Source: Eledone cirrhosa (lineage: Eukaryota). Taken from it: DNA of 64,000 nt. Below the pieces are notes generated by a model that ran no database searches, was not told the DNA's origin, and worked only from the letters and a program-made list of their open reading frames with translations. Location: assembly GCA_964016885.1 (NCBI GenBank), contig OZ024755.1, forward strand, positions 44,330,001-44,394,000, read 5' to 3'. The position numbers and the translations under genes were made by a program. This document shows, one piece after another, positions 45,801 to 61,800 of the stretch (positions are counted from its first letter, which is position 1; every line of letters starts with the position of its first letter).

Positions 45801-48800
45801 TACCACAGTTGACAGTACCAACGTATACTGTGTACCACAGTTGACAATACCAACATATACTGTGTACCACAGTTGAAAGTACCAACGTATACTTTGTACC
45901 ACAGTTGACAGTACCAACATATACTGTGTACCACAGTTGACAGTACCAACGTATACTGTGTACCAGAGTTGACAATACCAACATATACTGTGTACCACAG
46001 TTGACAGTACCAACATATACTGTATACCACAGTTGACAGAACCAACATATACAGTGTACCACAGTTGACAGTACCAACATATACTGTGTACCACAGTTGA
46101 CAGTACCAACATATACTGTATACAACAGTTGACAGTACCAACATATACTGTGTACCACTGTTGACAGTACCAACATATACCGTGTACCACAGTTGACAGT
46201 ACCAACATATACTGTGTACCACAGCTGACACTACCAACATATACTTGTACCTCAGTTGACAGTACTACCATATATTGTGTACCACCGTTGACAATACCAA
46301 CGTATACTGTGTACCACAGTTGACAGTACCAACACATATAGTGTACCACAGTTGACAGTACCAACGTATACTGTGTACCACAGTTGCCAATGCCAACATA
46401 TACTGTGTACCACAGTTGAGAGTACCAACATATACTGTGTACCACAGTTGACAGTACCAACATATACTGTGTACCACAGTTGACAGTACCAACATATACT
46501 GTGTACCACAGTTGACAGTACCAATGTATACTGTGTACCACTGTTGACAGTACCAAAATATACTGTGTACCACAGTTGACAGTACCAATGTATACTGTGT
46601 ACCACACTTGACAGTTCCAACATATAACGTGTACCACAGTTGGCAGTACCATCATATACTGTGTACCACAGTTGACAATACCAACATATACTGTGTACCA
46701 CAGTTGACAGTACCAACATATACTGTGTACCATAGCTGACATTACCAACGTATATTGTGTACCACAGTTGAGAGTACCAACATACACCGTGTACGACAGT
46801 TGACAGTACCAACATTTACTGTGTACCACAGTTGAGAGTACCAACATAAACTGTGTACCACAGTTGACAGTACCAACATATACTGTGTACCACAGTTGAC
46901 AGTACCAACATATACTGTATACCACAGTTGACAGTACCAACACATACAGTGTACCACAGTTGACAGTACCAACATATACTGTGTACCACAGTTGACAGTA
47001 CCAACATATACTGTGTACCAGAGTTGACAGTACCAACATATACTGTGTACCACAGTTGACAGTACTAACATATACTGTGTACCACAGTTGTCAGTACCAA
47101 CATGTACTGTGTACCACAGTTGACAGTACCAACATATACTGTGTACCACAGTTGGCAGTACCAACATATACTGTGTACCTCAGTTGACAGTACCAACATA
47201 TACAGTGTACCACAGTTGACAGTACCAACGTATATTGTGTACCACAGTTGACAGTACCAACGTATACTGTGTACCACAGTTGACCGTACCAACATATACT
47301 GTGTAACACAGTTGACAATACCAACATTATAATGTGTACCACAGTTGACAGTACCAACGTATACTGTGTACCACTGTTGACAATACCAACATATACTGTG
47401 TACCACAGTCGACAGAACCAACATATACTGTGTACCACAGTCGACAGTACCAACATATTCTGTGTACCACAGTTGACAGTACCAACATGTACCGTGAACC
47501 ACAGTAGACAGTACCAACGTATACTGTGTACCACAGTTGAGAGTACCAACGTATAGTGTGTACCACAGTTGACAGTACCAACATATACTGTGTACCACAG
47601 TTCACAGTACCAACGTATACTGTGTACCACATTTGACAGTACCAACATATACTGTGTACCACTGTTGACAGTACCAACATATACCGTGTAACACAGTTGA
47701 CAGTACCAACATATACTGTGTACCACTGTTGACAGTACCAACATATACCTTGTACCACAGTTCACAGTACCAACGTATACTGTTTATGTTACCACAGTTG
47801 ACAGTACCAACATATACTGTGTACCACAGTTGAGACTACCAACATATACTGGGTACCACTGTTGACAGTAACAACATATACTATGTACCACAGCTGACAG
47901 TACCAACATATACTGTGTACCACAGTTGACAGTACCAACGTATACTGTGTACCACAGTTGACAGTACCAACGTATACAGGGTACCACATTTGACACTACC
48001 AACATATACTGTGTAACACAGTTGACAGTACCAACATATACTGTATACCACAGTTGACAGTACCGACATATACTGTGTACCACAGTTGACAATACCAACA
48101 TATACTTTGTACCACGGTTGACAGTACCAACGTATACTGTGTACCACTGTTGACAATATCATCATATACTGTGTACCACAGTTGACATTACCAACATATA
48201 CTGTGTACCACAGTTGACAGTACCAACAGGTACCGTGAACCATAGTTGACAGTACCAACGTATACTGTGTACCACAGTTGAGAGTACCAGCGTATAGTGT
48301 GTATCACACTTGACAGTACCAACATATACTGTGTACCACAGTTGACAGTATCAACATATACTGTGTACCATAGTTGACAGTACCAACGTATATTGTGTAC
48401 CACAGTTGACAGTACCAACATACACCGTGTACGACAGTTGACAGTACCAACATATACTGTGTACCACATTTGAGAGTACCAACATAAACTGTGTACCACA
48501 GTTGACAGTACCAACATATACTGTGTACCACAGTTGACAGTACCAACATATACTGTGTACCACAGTTGACAGTACCAACATATACTGTATACCACAGTTG
48601 ACAGTACCAACATATACTGTGTACCACAGTTGACAGTACCAACATATACTGTGTACCACAGTTGACAGTACCAACATATACTGTGTACCACAGTTGACAG
48701 TACTAACATATACTGTGTACTATAGTTGACAGTACCAACATATACTGTGTAACAGAGTTGACAGTACCAACATGTACTGTGTACCACAGTTGACAGTACC

Positions 48801-51800
48801 AAATATATACTGTGTACCACAGTTGGCAGTACCAACATATAATGCGTACCTCAGTTGACAGAACCAACATATACTGTGTACCACAGTTGACAGTACCAAC
48901 GTATACTGTGTACCACAGTTGACAGTACCAACGTTTACTGTGTACCACAGTTGACAGTACCAATATATACTGTGTAACACAGTTGACAATACCAACATAT
49001 AATGTGTACCATAGTTGACAGTACCAACGTATACTGTGAACCACTGTTGGCAATACCAACATATACTGTGTACCACAGTTGACAGTACCAACATATACAG
49101 TGTACCACAGTTGACAGTACCAACATATACTGTGTACCACAGTTGACAGTACCAACATATACTGTATACCACAGTTGAAAGTACCAACATGTACCGTGAA
49201 CCACAGTTGACAGTACCAACGTATACTGTGTACCACAGTTGAGAGTACCAACGTATAGTGTGTACCACAGTTGACAGTACCAACATATACTGTGTACCAC
49301 AGTTGACAGTACCAACATATAGTGTGTACCACAGTTCACAGTACCAACGTATACTGTGTACCACATTTGACAGTACCAACATATAATGTGTACCACAGTT
49401 GACAGTACCAACATATACGGTGTACCACTGTTGACAGTACCAACATATACCGTGTACCAGATTTGACAGTACCAACATATTCTGTGTACCACTGTTCACA
49501 GTACCAACATATACTGTGTACCACAGTTGAAAGTACCAACGTATACTGTGTACCACAGTTGACAACACCAACATATACTGTGTACCACAGTTGACAGTAC
49601 CAACATATACTGTATACCACAGTTGACAGTACCAACATAGACTGTGTACCACAGTTGAGAGTACCAACATTTACTGTGTACCACAGTTGACAGTACCAAC
49701 ATATACTGTATACCACAGTTGAAAGTACCAACATATACTGTGTACCACTGTTGAAAGTACCAACATATACTGTGTACCACAGTTGACAGTACCAACATAT
49801 ACTGTGTACCACAGCTGACACTACCAACATATACTTGTACCTCAGTTAACAGTACTACCATATATTGTGTACCACCGTTGACAATACCAACGTATACTGT
49901 GAACCACAGTTGACAATACCAACATATACTGTGTACCACAGTTGACAATACCAGCACATATAGTGTACCACAGTTGACAGTACCAACGTATACTGTGTAC
50001 CACAGTTGCCAATGCCAACATATACTGTGTACCACAGTTGAGAGTACCAACATATACTGTGTACCACAGTTGACAGTACCAACATATACTGTGTACCACA
50101 GTTGACAGTACCAACATATACTGTGTACCACGGTTGACAGTACCAACATATACTGTGTACCACAGTTGACAGTACCAACATATACTGTGTACCATAGTTG
50201 ACATTACCAACGTATATTGTGTACCACAGTTGACAGTACCTACATGTACTGTGTACCACAGTTGACAGTACCAACATATACTGTGTACCACAGTTGACAG
50301 TACCAACGTATACTGTGTACCACAGTTGACAGTACCAACATATAACGTGTACCACAGTTGGCAGTACCATCATATACTTTGTACCACAGTTGACAGTACC
50401 AACATATACTGTGTACCACAGTTGACAGTACTAACATATACTGTGTACCATAGTTGACATTACCAACGTATATTGTGTACCACAGTTGACAGTACCAACA
50501 TACACCGTGTACAAGAGTTGACAGTACCAACATATACTGTGTACCACAGTTGCGAGTACCAACATAAACTGTGTACCACAGTTGACAGTACCAACATATA
50601 CTGTGTACCACAGTTGACAGTACCAACATATATTGTGTACGACAGTTGACAGTACCAACATATACTGTATACCACAGTTGACAGTACCAACACATACTGT
50701 GTACCACAGTTGACAGTACCAACATATACTGTGTACCACAGTTGACAGTACCAACATATACTGTGTACCACAGTTGACAGTACCAACATATATAGTGTAC
50801 CACAGTTGACAGTACTAACATATACTGTGTACTACAGTTGACAGTACCAACATATACTGTGTACCACAGTTGAGAGTACCAACATGTACTGTGTACCACA
50901 GTTGACAGTACCAACATATACTGTGTACCACAGTTGGCAGTACCAACATATACAGTGTACCACAATTGACAGTACCAACATATACTGTGTACCACAGTTG
51001 ACAGTACCAACATGTACCGTGAACCACAGTTGACAGTACCAACTATACTGTGTACCACAGTTGATAGTACCAACGTATACTGTGTACCACAGTTGACAGT
51101 ACCAACATATACTGTGTACCACAGTTGACAGTACCAACATATACTGTGTACCACAGTTGACAGTACCAACATATACTGTGTACCATAGTTGACAGTACCA
51201 ACGTATATTGTGTACCACAGTTGAGAGTACCAACATACAACGTGTACGACAGTTGACAGTAAAAACATATACTGTGTACCACAGTTGAGAGTACCAACAT
51301 AAACTGTGTACCACAGTTGACAGTACCAACATATACTGTGTACCACAGTTGACAGTACCAACATATACTGTGTACCACAGTTGACAGTACCAACATATAC
51401 TGTGTACCACAGTTGACAGTACCAACATATACTGTGTACCACAGTTGACAGTACCAACATATACTGTGTACCACAGTTGACAGTACTAACATATACTGTG
51501 TACTAGAGTTGACAGTACCAACATATACTGTGTACCACAGTTGACAGTACCAACATATACTGTGTACCACAGTTGGCAGTACCAACATATAATGTGTACC
51601 TCAGTTGACAGTACCAACATATACTGTGTACCACAGTTGACAGTACCAACGTATACTGTGTACCACAGTTGACAGTACCAACGTATACTATGTACCACAG
51701 TTGGCAGTACCAATATATAATGTGTACCTCAGTTGACAGTACCAATATATACTGTGTAACACAGTTGACAATACCAACATATAATGTGTACCACAGTTGA

Positions 51801-54800
51801 CAGTACCAACGTATACTGTGAACCACTGTTGGCAATACCAACATATACTGTGTACCACAGTTGACAGAACCAACATATACAGTGTACCACAGTTGACAGT
51901 ACCAACATATACTGTGTACCACAGTTGACAGTACCAACATATACTGTGTACCACAGTTGACAGTACCAACATGTACCGTGAACCACAGTTGACAGTACCA
52001 ACGTATACTGTGTACCACAGTTGAGAGTACCAACGTATAGTGTGTACCAAAGTTGACAGTACCAACATATACTGTGTACCACAGTTGACAGTACCAACAT
52101 ATACTGTGTACCACAGTTCACAGTACCAACGTATACTGTGTACCACATTTGACAGTACGAACATATACTGTGTACCACAGTTGACAGTACCAACATATAC
52201 TGTGTACCACTTTTGACAGTACCAACATATACCGTGTATCACATTTGACAGTACCAACATGTACTGTGTACCACTGTTGACAGTACCAACATATACTGTG
52301 TACCACAGTTGACAGTACCAACATGTACCGTGTACCACAGTTGACAGTACCAACGTATACTGTGTACCACAGTTGACAATACCAACATATACTGTGTACC
52401 ACATTTGACAGTACCAACATATACTGTGTACCACAGTTGAAAGTACCAACGTATACTGTGTACCACAGTTGACAACACCAACATATACTGTGTACCACAG
52501 TTGACAGTACCAACATATACTGTATACCACAGTTGACAGTACCAACATATACTGTGTACCAGAGTTGACAGTACCAACATATACTGTGTACCACAGTTGA
52601 CAGTACCAACATATACTGTATACCACAGTTGACAGTACCAACATATACTGTGTACCACTGTTGACAGTACCAACATATACAGTGTACCACAGTTGACAGT
52701 ACCAACATATACTGTGTACCACAGCTGACACTACCAACATATACTTGTACCTCAGTTGACAGTACTACCATATATTGTGTACCACCGTTGACAATACCAA
52801 CGTATACTGTGTACCACAGTTGACAGTACCAAAGTATACTGTGCACCACAGTTGACAGTACCAACATATACTGTGTACCACAGTTGACAATACCAACATA
52901 TACTGTGTACCACAGTTGACAATACCAACACATATAGTGTACCACAGTTGACAATACCAACACATATAGTGTACCACAGTTGACAGTACCAACGTATACT
53001 GTGTACCACAGTTGCCAATGCCAACATATACTGTGTACCACAGTTGAGAGTACCAACATGTACCGTGTACCACAGTTGACAGTACCAACGTATACTGTGT
53101 ACCACAGTTGACAGTACCAACGTATACTGTTTACCACAGTTGACAATACCAACATATACTGTGTACCAGAGTTGACAGTACCCACGTACACAGTGTACCA
53201 CAGTTGACAGTTCCAACATATATGGTGTACCACTGTTGATACTACCGACATATACTGTGTAGCACAGTTGACAGTACTAACATATACTGTGTACCACAGT
53301 TGAGAGTACCACCATATACTGGGTACCACTGTTGACAGTACCAACATATACTGTGTACCACAGTTGACAGTACCAACATATACTGTGTACCACAGTTGAC
53401 AGTACCAACATATACTGTGTACCACAGTTGACAGTACTAACATATACTGTGTACTACAGTTGACAGTACCAACATATACTGTGTAACAGAGTTGACAGTA
53501 CCAACATGTACTGTGTACCACAGTTGACAGTACCAACATATACTGTGTACCACAGTTGGCAGTACCAACATATAATGTGTACCTCAGTTGACAGTACCAA
53601 CACATACTGTGTACCACAGTTGACAGTACCAACGTATACTGTGTACCACAGTTGACAGTACCAACGTTTACTGTGTACCACAGTTGACAGTACCAATATA
53701 TACTGTGTAACACAGTTGACAATACCAACATATAATGTGTACCACAGTTGACAGTACCAACGTATACTGTGAACCACTGTTGGCAATACCAACATATACT
53801 GTGTACCACAGTTGACAGTACCAACATATACAGTGTACCACAGTTGACAGTACCAACATATACTGTGTACCACAGTTGACAGTACCAACATATACTGTAT
53901 ACCACAGTTGACAGTACCAACATGTAACGTGAACCACAGTTGACAGTACCAACGTATACTGTGTACCACAGTTGAGAGTACCAACGTATAGTGTGTACCA
54001 CAGTTGACAGTACCAACATACACTGTGTACCACAGTTGACAGTACCAACATATACTGTGTACCACAGTTCACAGTACCAACGTATACTGTGTACCACATT
54101 TGACAGTACCAACATATACTGTGTACCACAGTTGACAGTACCAACATATACGGTGTACCACTGTTGACAGTACCAACATATACCGTGTACCAGATTTGAC
54201 AGTACCAACATATTCTGTGTACCACTGTTCACAGTACCAACATATACTGTGTACCACAGTTGAAAGTACCAACGTATACTGTGTACCACAGTTGACAACA
54301 CCAACATATACTGTGTACCACAGTTGACAGTACCAACATATACTGTATACCACAGTTGACAGTACCAACATAGACTGTGTACCACAGTTGAGAGTACCAA
54401 CATTTACTGTGTACCACAGTTGACAGTACCAACATATACTGTATACCACAGTTGAAAGTACCAACATATACTGTGTACCACTGTTGAAAGTACCAACATA
54501 TACTGTGTACCACAGTTGACAGTACCAACATATACTGTGTACCACAGCTGACACTACCAACATATACTTGTACCTCAGTTAACAGTACTACCATATATTG
54601 TGTACCACCGTTGACAATACCAACGTATACTGTGAACCACAGTTGACAATACCAACATATACTGTGTACCACAGTTGACAATACCAGCACATATAGTGTA
54701 CCACAGTTGACAGTACCAACGTATACTGTGTACCACAGTTGCCAATGCCAACATATACTGTGTACCACAGTTGAGAGTACCAACATATACTGTGTACCAC

Positions 54801-55817
54801 AGTTGACAGTACCAACATATACTGTGTACCACAGTTGACAGTACCAACATATACTGTGTACCACGGTTGACAGTACCAACATATACTGTGTACCACAGTT
54901 GACAGTACCAACATATACTGTGTACCATAGTTGACATTACCAACGTATATTGTGTACCACAGTTGACAGTACCTACATGTACTGTGTACCACAGTTGACA
55001 GTACCAACATATACTGTGTACCACAGTTGACAGTACCAACGTATACTGTGTACCACAGTTGACAGTACCAACATATAACGTGTACCACAGTTGGCAGTAC
55101 CATCATATACTTTGTACCACAGTTGACAGTACCAACATATACTGTGTACCACAGTTGACAGTACTAACATATACTGTGTACCATAGTTGACATTACCAAC
55201 GTATATTGTGTACCACAGTTGACAGTACCAACATACACCGTGTACAAGAGTTGACAGTACCAACATATACTGTGTACCACAGTTGCGAGTACCAACATAA
55301 ACTGTGTACCACAGTTGACAGTACCAACATATACTGTGTACCACAGTTGACAGTACCAACATATACTGTGTACGACAGTTGACAGTACCAACATATACTG
55401 TGTACCACAGTTGAGAGTACCAACATAAACTGTGTACCATAGTTGACAGTACCAACATATACTGTGTACCACAGTTGACAGTACCAACATATACTGTGTA
55501 CCACAGTTGACAGTACCAACATATACTGTATACCACAGTTGACAGTACCAACATATACTGTGTACCACAGTTGACAGTACCAACATATACTGTGTACCAC
55601 AGTTGACAGTACCAACATATACTGTGTACCACAGTTGACAGTACTAACATATACTGTGTACTACAGTTGACAGTACCAACATATACTGTGTACCACAGTT
55701 GACAGTACCAACATGTACTGTGTACGTCAGTTGACAGTACCAACATATACTGTGTACCACAGTTGGCAGTACCAACATATAATGTGTACCTCAGTTGTCA
55801 GTACCAACATATACTGT
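42823..55817. repeat. Mega-unit 3 (short type, 12,995 bp)
   Basis: It shares its first ~4.6 kb with unit 1 (ORFs 4048/46742, offset 42694), then follows a different variant series from ~47.7 kb. It is repeated downstream at offset 12963-12995. Confidence 0.85.
48670..55375. repeat. Non-adjacent block duplication: ~48670-50642 repeated at ~53400-55375 (offset 4,733), with a more diverged related block between (~51480-53050)
   Basis: ORF pairs 49336/54069, 49496/54229, 49842/54575 and 49855/54588 are offset by 4733 with identical translations. Shared markers include CCAGATTTGAC, ACATAGACTG, TTGCGAGTAC and ACCTACATG. Confidence 0.85.
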
Positions 55818-58800
55818 GTACCACAGTTGAGAGTACCAACGTATACTGTGTACCACAGTTGACAGTACCAACGTATACTGTGTACCACCGCTGACAGTAC
55901 CAATATATACTGTGTAACAAAGTTGACAATACCAACATATAATGTGTACCACAGTTGACAGTACCAACGTATACTGTGTACCACTGTTGACAATACCAAC
56001 ATATACTGTGTACCACAGTTGACAGTACCAACATATACAGTGTACCACAGTTGACAGTACCAACATATACTGTGTACCACAGTTCACAGTACCAACGTAT
56101 ACTGTGTACCACATTTGACAGTACCAACATATACTGTGTACCACAGTTGACAGTACCAACATATACTGTGTACCACTGTTGACAGTACCAACATATACCG
56201 TGTACCACAGTTGACAGTACCAACATATACTGTGTACCACTGTTGACAGTACCAACATATACTGTGTACCACAGTTGACAGTACCAACATGTACCTTGTA
56301 CCACAGTTGACAGTACCAACATATACTGTGTACCACAGTTGACAATACCAACATATACTGTGTACCACAGTTGAAAGTACCAACTTATACTTTGTACCAC
56401 AGTTGACAGTACCAACATATACTGTGTACCACAGTTGACAGTACCATCATATACTGTGTACGACAGTTGACAGTACCAACATATACTGTGTACCACAGCT
56501 GACACTACCAACATATACTTGTACCTCAGTTGACAGTACTACCATATATTGTGTACCACCGTTGACAATACCAACGTATACTGTGTACCACAGTTGACAG
56601 TACCAACACATATAGTGTACCACAGTTGACAGTACCAACGTATACTGTGTACCACAGTTGCCAATGCCAACATATACTGTGTACCACAGTTGAGAGTACC
56701 AACATATACTGTGTACCACAGTTGACAGTACCAACATATACTGTGTACCACAGTTGACAGTACCAATGTATACTGTGTACCACTGTTGACAGTACCAAAA
56801 TATACTGTGTACCACAGTTGACAGTACCAACGTATACTGTGTACCACTGGTGACAGTACCAACATATAACGCGTACCACAGTTGGCAGTACCATCATATA
56901 CTGTGTACCACAGTTGACAGTACCAACATATACTGTGTACCACAGTTGACAGTACCAACATATACTCTGTACCATAGCTGACATTACCAACGTATATTGT
57001 GTACCACAGTTGACAGTACCAACATACACCGTGTACGACAGTTGACAGTACCAACATATACTGTGTACCACATTTGAGAGTACCAACATAAACTGTGTAC
57101 CACAGTTGACAGTACCAACATATACTGTGTACCACAGTTGACAGTACCAACATATACTGTATACCACAGTTGACAGTACCAACACATACTGTGTACCACA
57201 GTTGACAGTACCAACATATACTGTGTACCACAGTTGACAGTACCAACATATACTGTGTACCAGAGTTGACAGTACCAACATATACTGTGTACCACAGTTG
57301 ACAGTACTAACATATACTCTGTACTACAGTTGACAGTACCAACATATACTGTGTACCACAGTTGACAGTACCAACATGTACTGTGTACCACAGTTGACAG
57401 TACCAACATATACTGTGTACCTCAGTTGACACTACGAACATATACTGTGCACCACAGTGTACAGTACCAACGTATATTGTGTACCACAGTTGACAGTACC
57501 AACGTATGCTGTGTACCACAGTTGACCGTACCAACATATACTGTGTAACACAGTTGACAATACCAACATTATACTGTGTACCACAGTTGACAGTACCAAC
57601 GTATACTGTGTACCACTGTTGACAGTACCAAGGGTATACTGTGTACCACACTTGACAGTACCAACATATAACGTGTACCACAGTTGGCAGTACCATCATA
57701 TACTGTGTACCACAGTTGACAGTACCAACATATACTGTGTAGCACAGTTGACAGTACCAACATATACTGTGTACCATAGTTGACAGTACCAACGTATATT
57801 GTGTACCACAGTTGACAGTACCAACATACACCGTGTACGACAGTTGACAGTACCAACATATACTGTGTACCACAGTTGAGAGTACCAACATAAACTGTGT
57901 ACCATAGTTGACAGTACCAACATATACTGTGTACCACAGTTGACAGTACCAACATATACTGTGTACCACAGTTGACAGTACCAACATATACTGTATACCA
58001 CAGTTGACAGTACCAACATATACTGTGTACCACAGTTGACAGTACTAACATATACTGTGTACCACAGTTGACAGTACCAACATATACTGTGTACCACAGT
58101 TGACAGTACTAACATATACTGTGTACTACAGTTGACAGTACCAACATATACTGTGTACCACAGTTGACAGTACCAACATGTACTGTGTACCACAGTTGAC
58201 AGTACCAACATATACTGTGTACCACAGTTGGCAGTACCAACATATAATGTGTACCTCAGTTGTCAGTACCAACATATACTGTGTACCACAGTTGACAGTA
58301 CCAACGTATACTGTGTACCACAGTTGACAGTACCAACGTATACTGTGTACCACCGCTGACAGTACCAATATATACTGTGTAACACAGTTGACAATACCAA
58401 CATATAATGTGTACCACAGTTGACAGTACCAACGTATACTGTGTACCACTGTTGACAATACTAACATATACTGTGTACCACAGTTGACAGTACCAACATA
58501 TACAGTGTACCACAGTTGACAGTACCAACATATACTGTGTACCACAGTTCACAGTACCAACGTATACTGTGTACCACTTTTGACAGTACCAACATATACT
58601 GTGTACCACAGTTCACAGTACCAACATATACTGTGTACCACTGTTGACATTATCAACATATAGCGTTTCCCACAGTTGACAGTACCAACATATACAATGT
58701 ACCTCTGTTGACAGTACCAACATATACTGTGTACCACAGTTGACAGTACCAACATGTGCCGTGTACCACAGTTGACAGTACCAACGTATACTGTGTACCA

Positions 58801-61800
58801 CAGTTGACAATACCAACATATACTGTGTACCACAGTTGAAAGTACCAACGTATACTTTGTACCACAGTTGACAGTACCAACATATACTGTGTACCACAGT
58901 TGACAGTACCAACGTATACTGTGTACCAGAGTTGACAATACCAACATATACTGTGTACCACAGTTGACAGTACCAACATATACTGTATACCACAGTTGAC
59001 AGAACCAACATATACAGTGTACCACAGTTGACAGTACCAACATATACTGTGTACCACAGTTGACAGTACCAACATATACTGTATACAACAGTTGACAGTA
59101 CCAACATATACTGTGTACCACTGTTGACAGTACCAACATATACCGTGTACCACAGTTGACAGTACCAACATATACTGTGTACCACAGCTGACACTACCAA
59201 CATATACTTGTACCTCAGTTGACAGTACTACCATATATTGTGTACCACCGTTGACAATACCAACGTATACTGTGTACCACAGTTGACAGTACCAACACAT
59301 ATAGTGTACCACAGTTGACAGTACCAACGTATACTGTGTACCACAGTTGCCAATGCCAACATATACTGTGTACCACAGTTGAGAGTACCAACATATACTG
59401 TGTACCACAGTTGACAGTACCAACATATACTGTGTACCACAGTTGACAGTACCAACATATACTGTGTACCACAGTTGACAGTACCAATGTATACTGTGTA
59501 CCACTGTTGACAGTACCAAAATATACTGTGTACCACAGTTGACAGTACCAATGTATACTGTGTACCACACTTGACAGTTCCAACATATAACGTGTACCAC
59601 AGTTGGCAGTACCATCATATACTGTGTACCACAGTTGACAATACCAACATATACTGTGTACCACAGTTGACAGTACCAACATATACTGTGTACCATAGCT
59701 GACATTACCAACGTATATTGTGTACCACAGTTGAGAGTACCAACATACACCGTGTACGACAGTAGACAGTACCAACATTTACTGTGTACCACAGTTGAGA
59801 GTACCAACATAAACTGTGTACCACAGTTGACAGTACCAACATATACTGTGTACCACAGTTGACAGTACCAACATATACTGTATACCACAGTTGACAGTAC
59901 CAACACATACAGTGTACCACAGTTGACAGTACCAACATATACTGTGTACCACAGTTGACAGTACCAACATATACTGTGTACCAGAGTTGACAGTACCAAC
60001 ATATACTGTGTACCACAGTTGACAGTACTAACATATACTGTGTTTCACAGTTGTCAGTACCAACATGTACTGTGTACCACAGTTGACAGTACCAACATAT
60101 ACTGTGTACCACAGTTGGCAGTACCAACATATACTGTGTACCTCAGTTGACAATACCAACATATACAGTGTACCACAGTTGACAGTACCAACGTATATTG
60201 TGTACCACAGTTGACAGTACCAACGTATACTGTGTACCACAGTTGACCGTACCAACATATACTCTGTAACACAGTTGACAATACCAACATTATAATGTGT
60301 ACCACAGTTGACAGTACCAACGTATACTGTGTACCACTGTTGACAATACCAACATATACTGTGTACCACAGTCGACAGAACCAACATATACTGTGTACCA
60401 CAGTTGACAGTACCAACATATTCTGTGTACCACAGTTGACAGTACCAACATGTACCGTGAACCACAGTAGACAGTACCAACGTATACTGTGTACCACAGT
60501 TGAGAGTACCAACGTATAGTGTGTACCACAGTTGACAGTACCAACATATACTGTGTACCACAGTTCACAGTACCAACGTATACTGTGTACCACATTTGAC
60601 AGTACCAACATATACTGTGTACCACTGTTGACAGTACCAACATATACCGTGTAACACAGTTGACAGTACCAACATATACTGTGTACCACTGTTGACAGTA
60701 CCAACATATACCTTGTACCACAGTTCACAGTACCAACGTATACTGTTTATGTTACCACAGTTGACAGTACCAACATATACTGTGTACCACAGTTGAGACT
60801 ACCAACATATACTGGGTACCACTGTTGACAGTAACAACATATACTATGTACCACAGCTGACAGTACCAACATATACTGTGTACCACAGTTGACAGTACCA
60901 ACGTATACAGGGTACCACATTTGACACTACCAACATATACTGTGTAACACAGTTGACAGTACCAACATATACTGTATACCACAGTTGACAGTACCGACAT
61001 ATACTGTGTACCACAGTTGACAATACCAACATATACTTTGTACCACGGTTGACAGTACCAACGTATACTGTGTACCACTGTTGACAATATCATCATATAC
61101 TGTGTACCACAGTTGACATTACCAACATATACAGTGTACCACAGTTGACAGTACCAACATATACTGTGTACCACAGTTGACAGTACCAACATATACTGTG
61201 TACCACAGTTGACAGTACCAACAGGTACCGTGAACCATAGTTGACAGTACCAACGTATACTGTGTACCACAATTGAGAGTACCAGCGTATAGTGTGTATC
61301 ACACTTGACAGTACCAACATATACTGTGTACCACAGTTGACAGTATCAACATATACTGTGTACCATAGTTGACAGTACCAACGTATATTGTGTACCACAG
61401 TTGACAGTACCAACATACACCGTGTACGACAGTTGACAGTACCAACATATACTGTGTACCACATTTGAGAGTACCAACATAAACTGTGTACCACAGTTGA
61501 CAGTACCAACATATACTGTGTACCACAGTTGACAGTACCAACATATACTGTGTACCACAGTTGACAGTACCAACATATACTGTATACCACAGTTGACAGT
61601 ACCAACATATACTGTGTACCACAGTTGACAGTACCAACATATACTGTGTACCACAGTTGACAGTACCAACATATACTGTGTACCACAGTTGACAGTACTA
61701 ACATATACTGTGTACTATAGTTGACAGTACCAACATATACTGTGTAACAGAGTTGACAGTACCAACATGTACTGTGTACCACAGTTGACAGTACCAAATA

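Noticed and set aside
47776-47800. Transposon excision footprint or target-site duplication at the 37-bp monomer
   Set aside because: It is only a 5-bp gain with no terminal repeats or element remnant, and cannot be told apart from slippage or end-joining.
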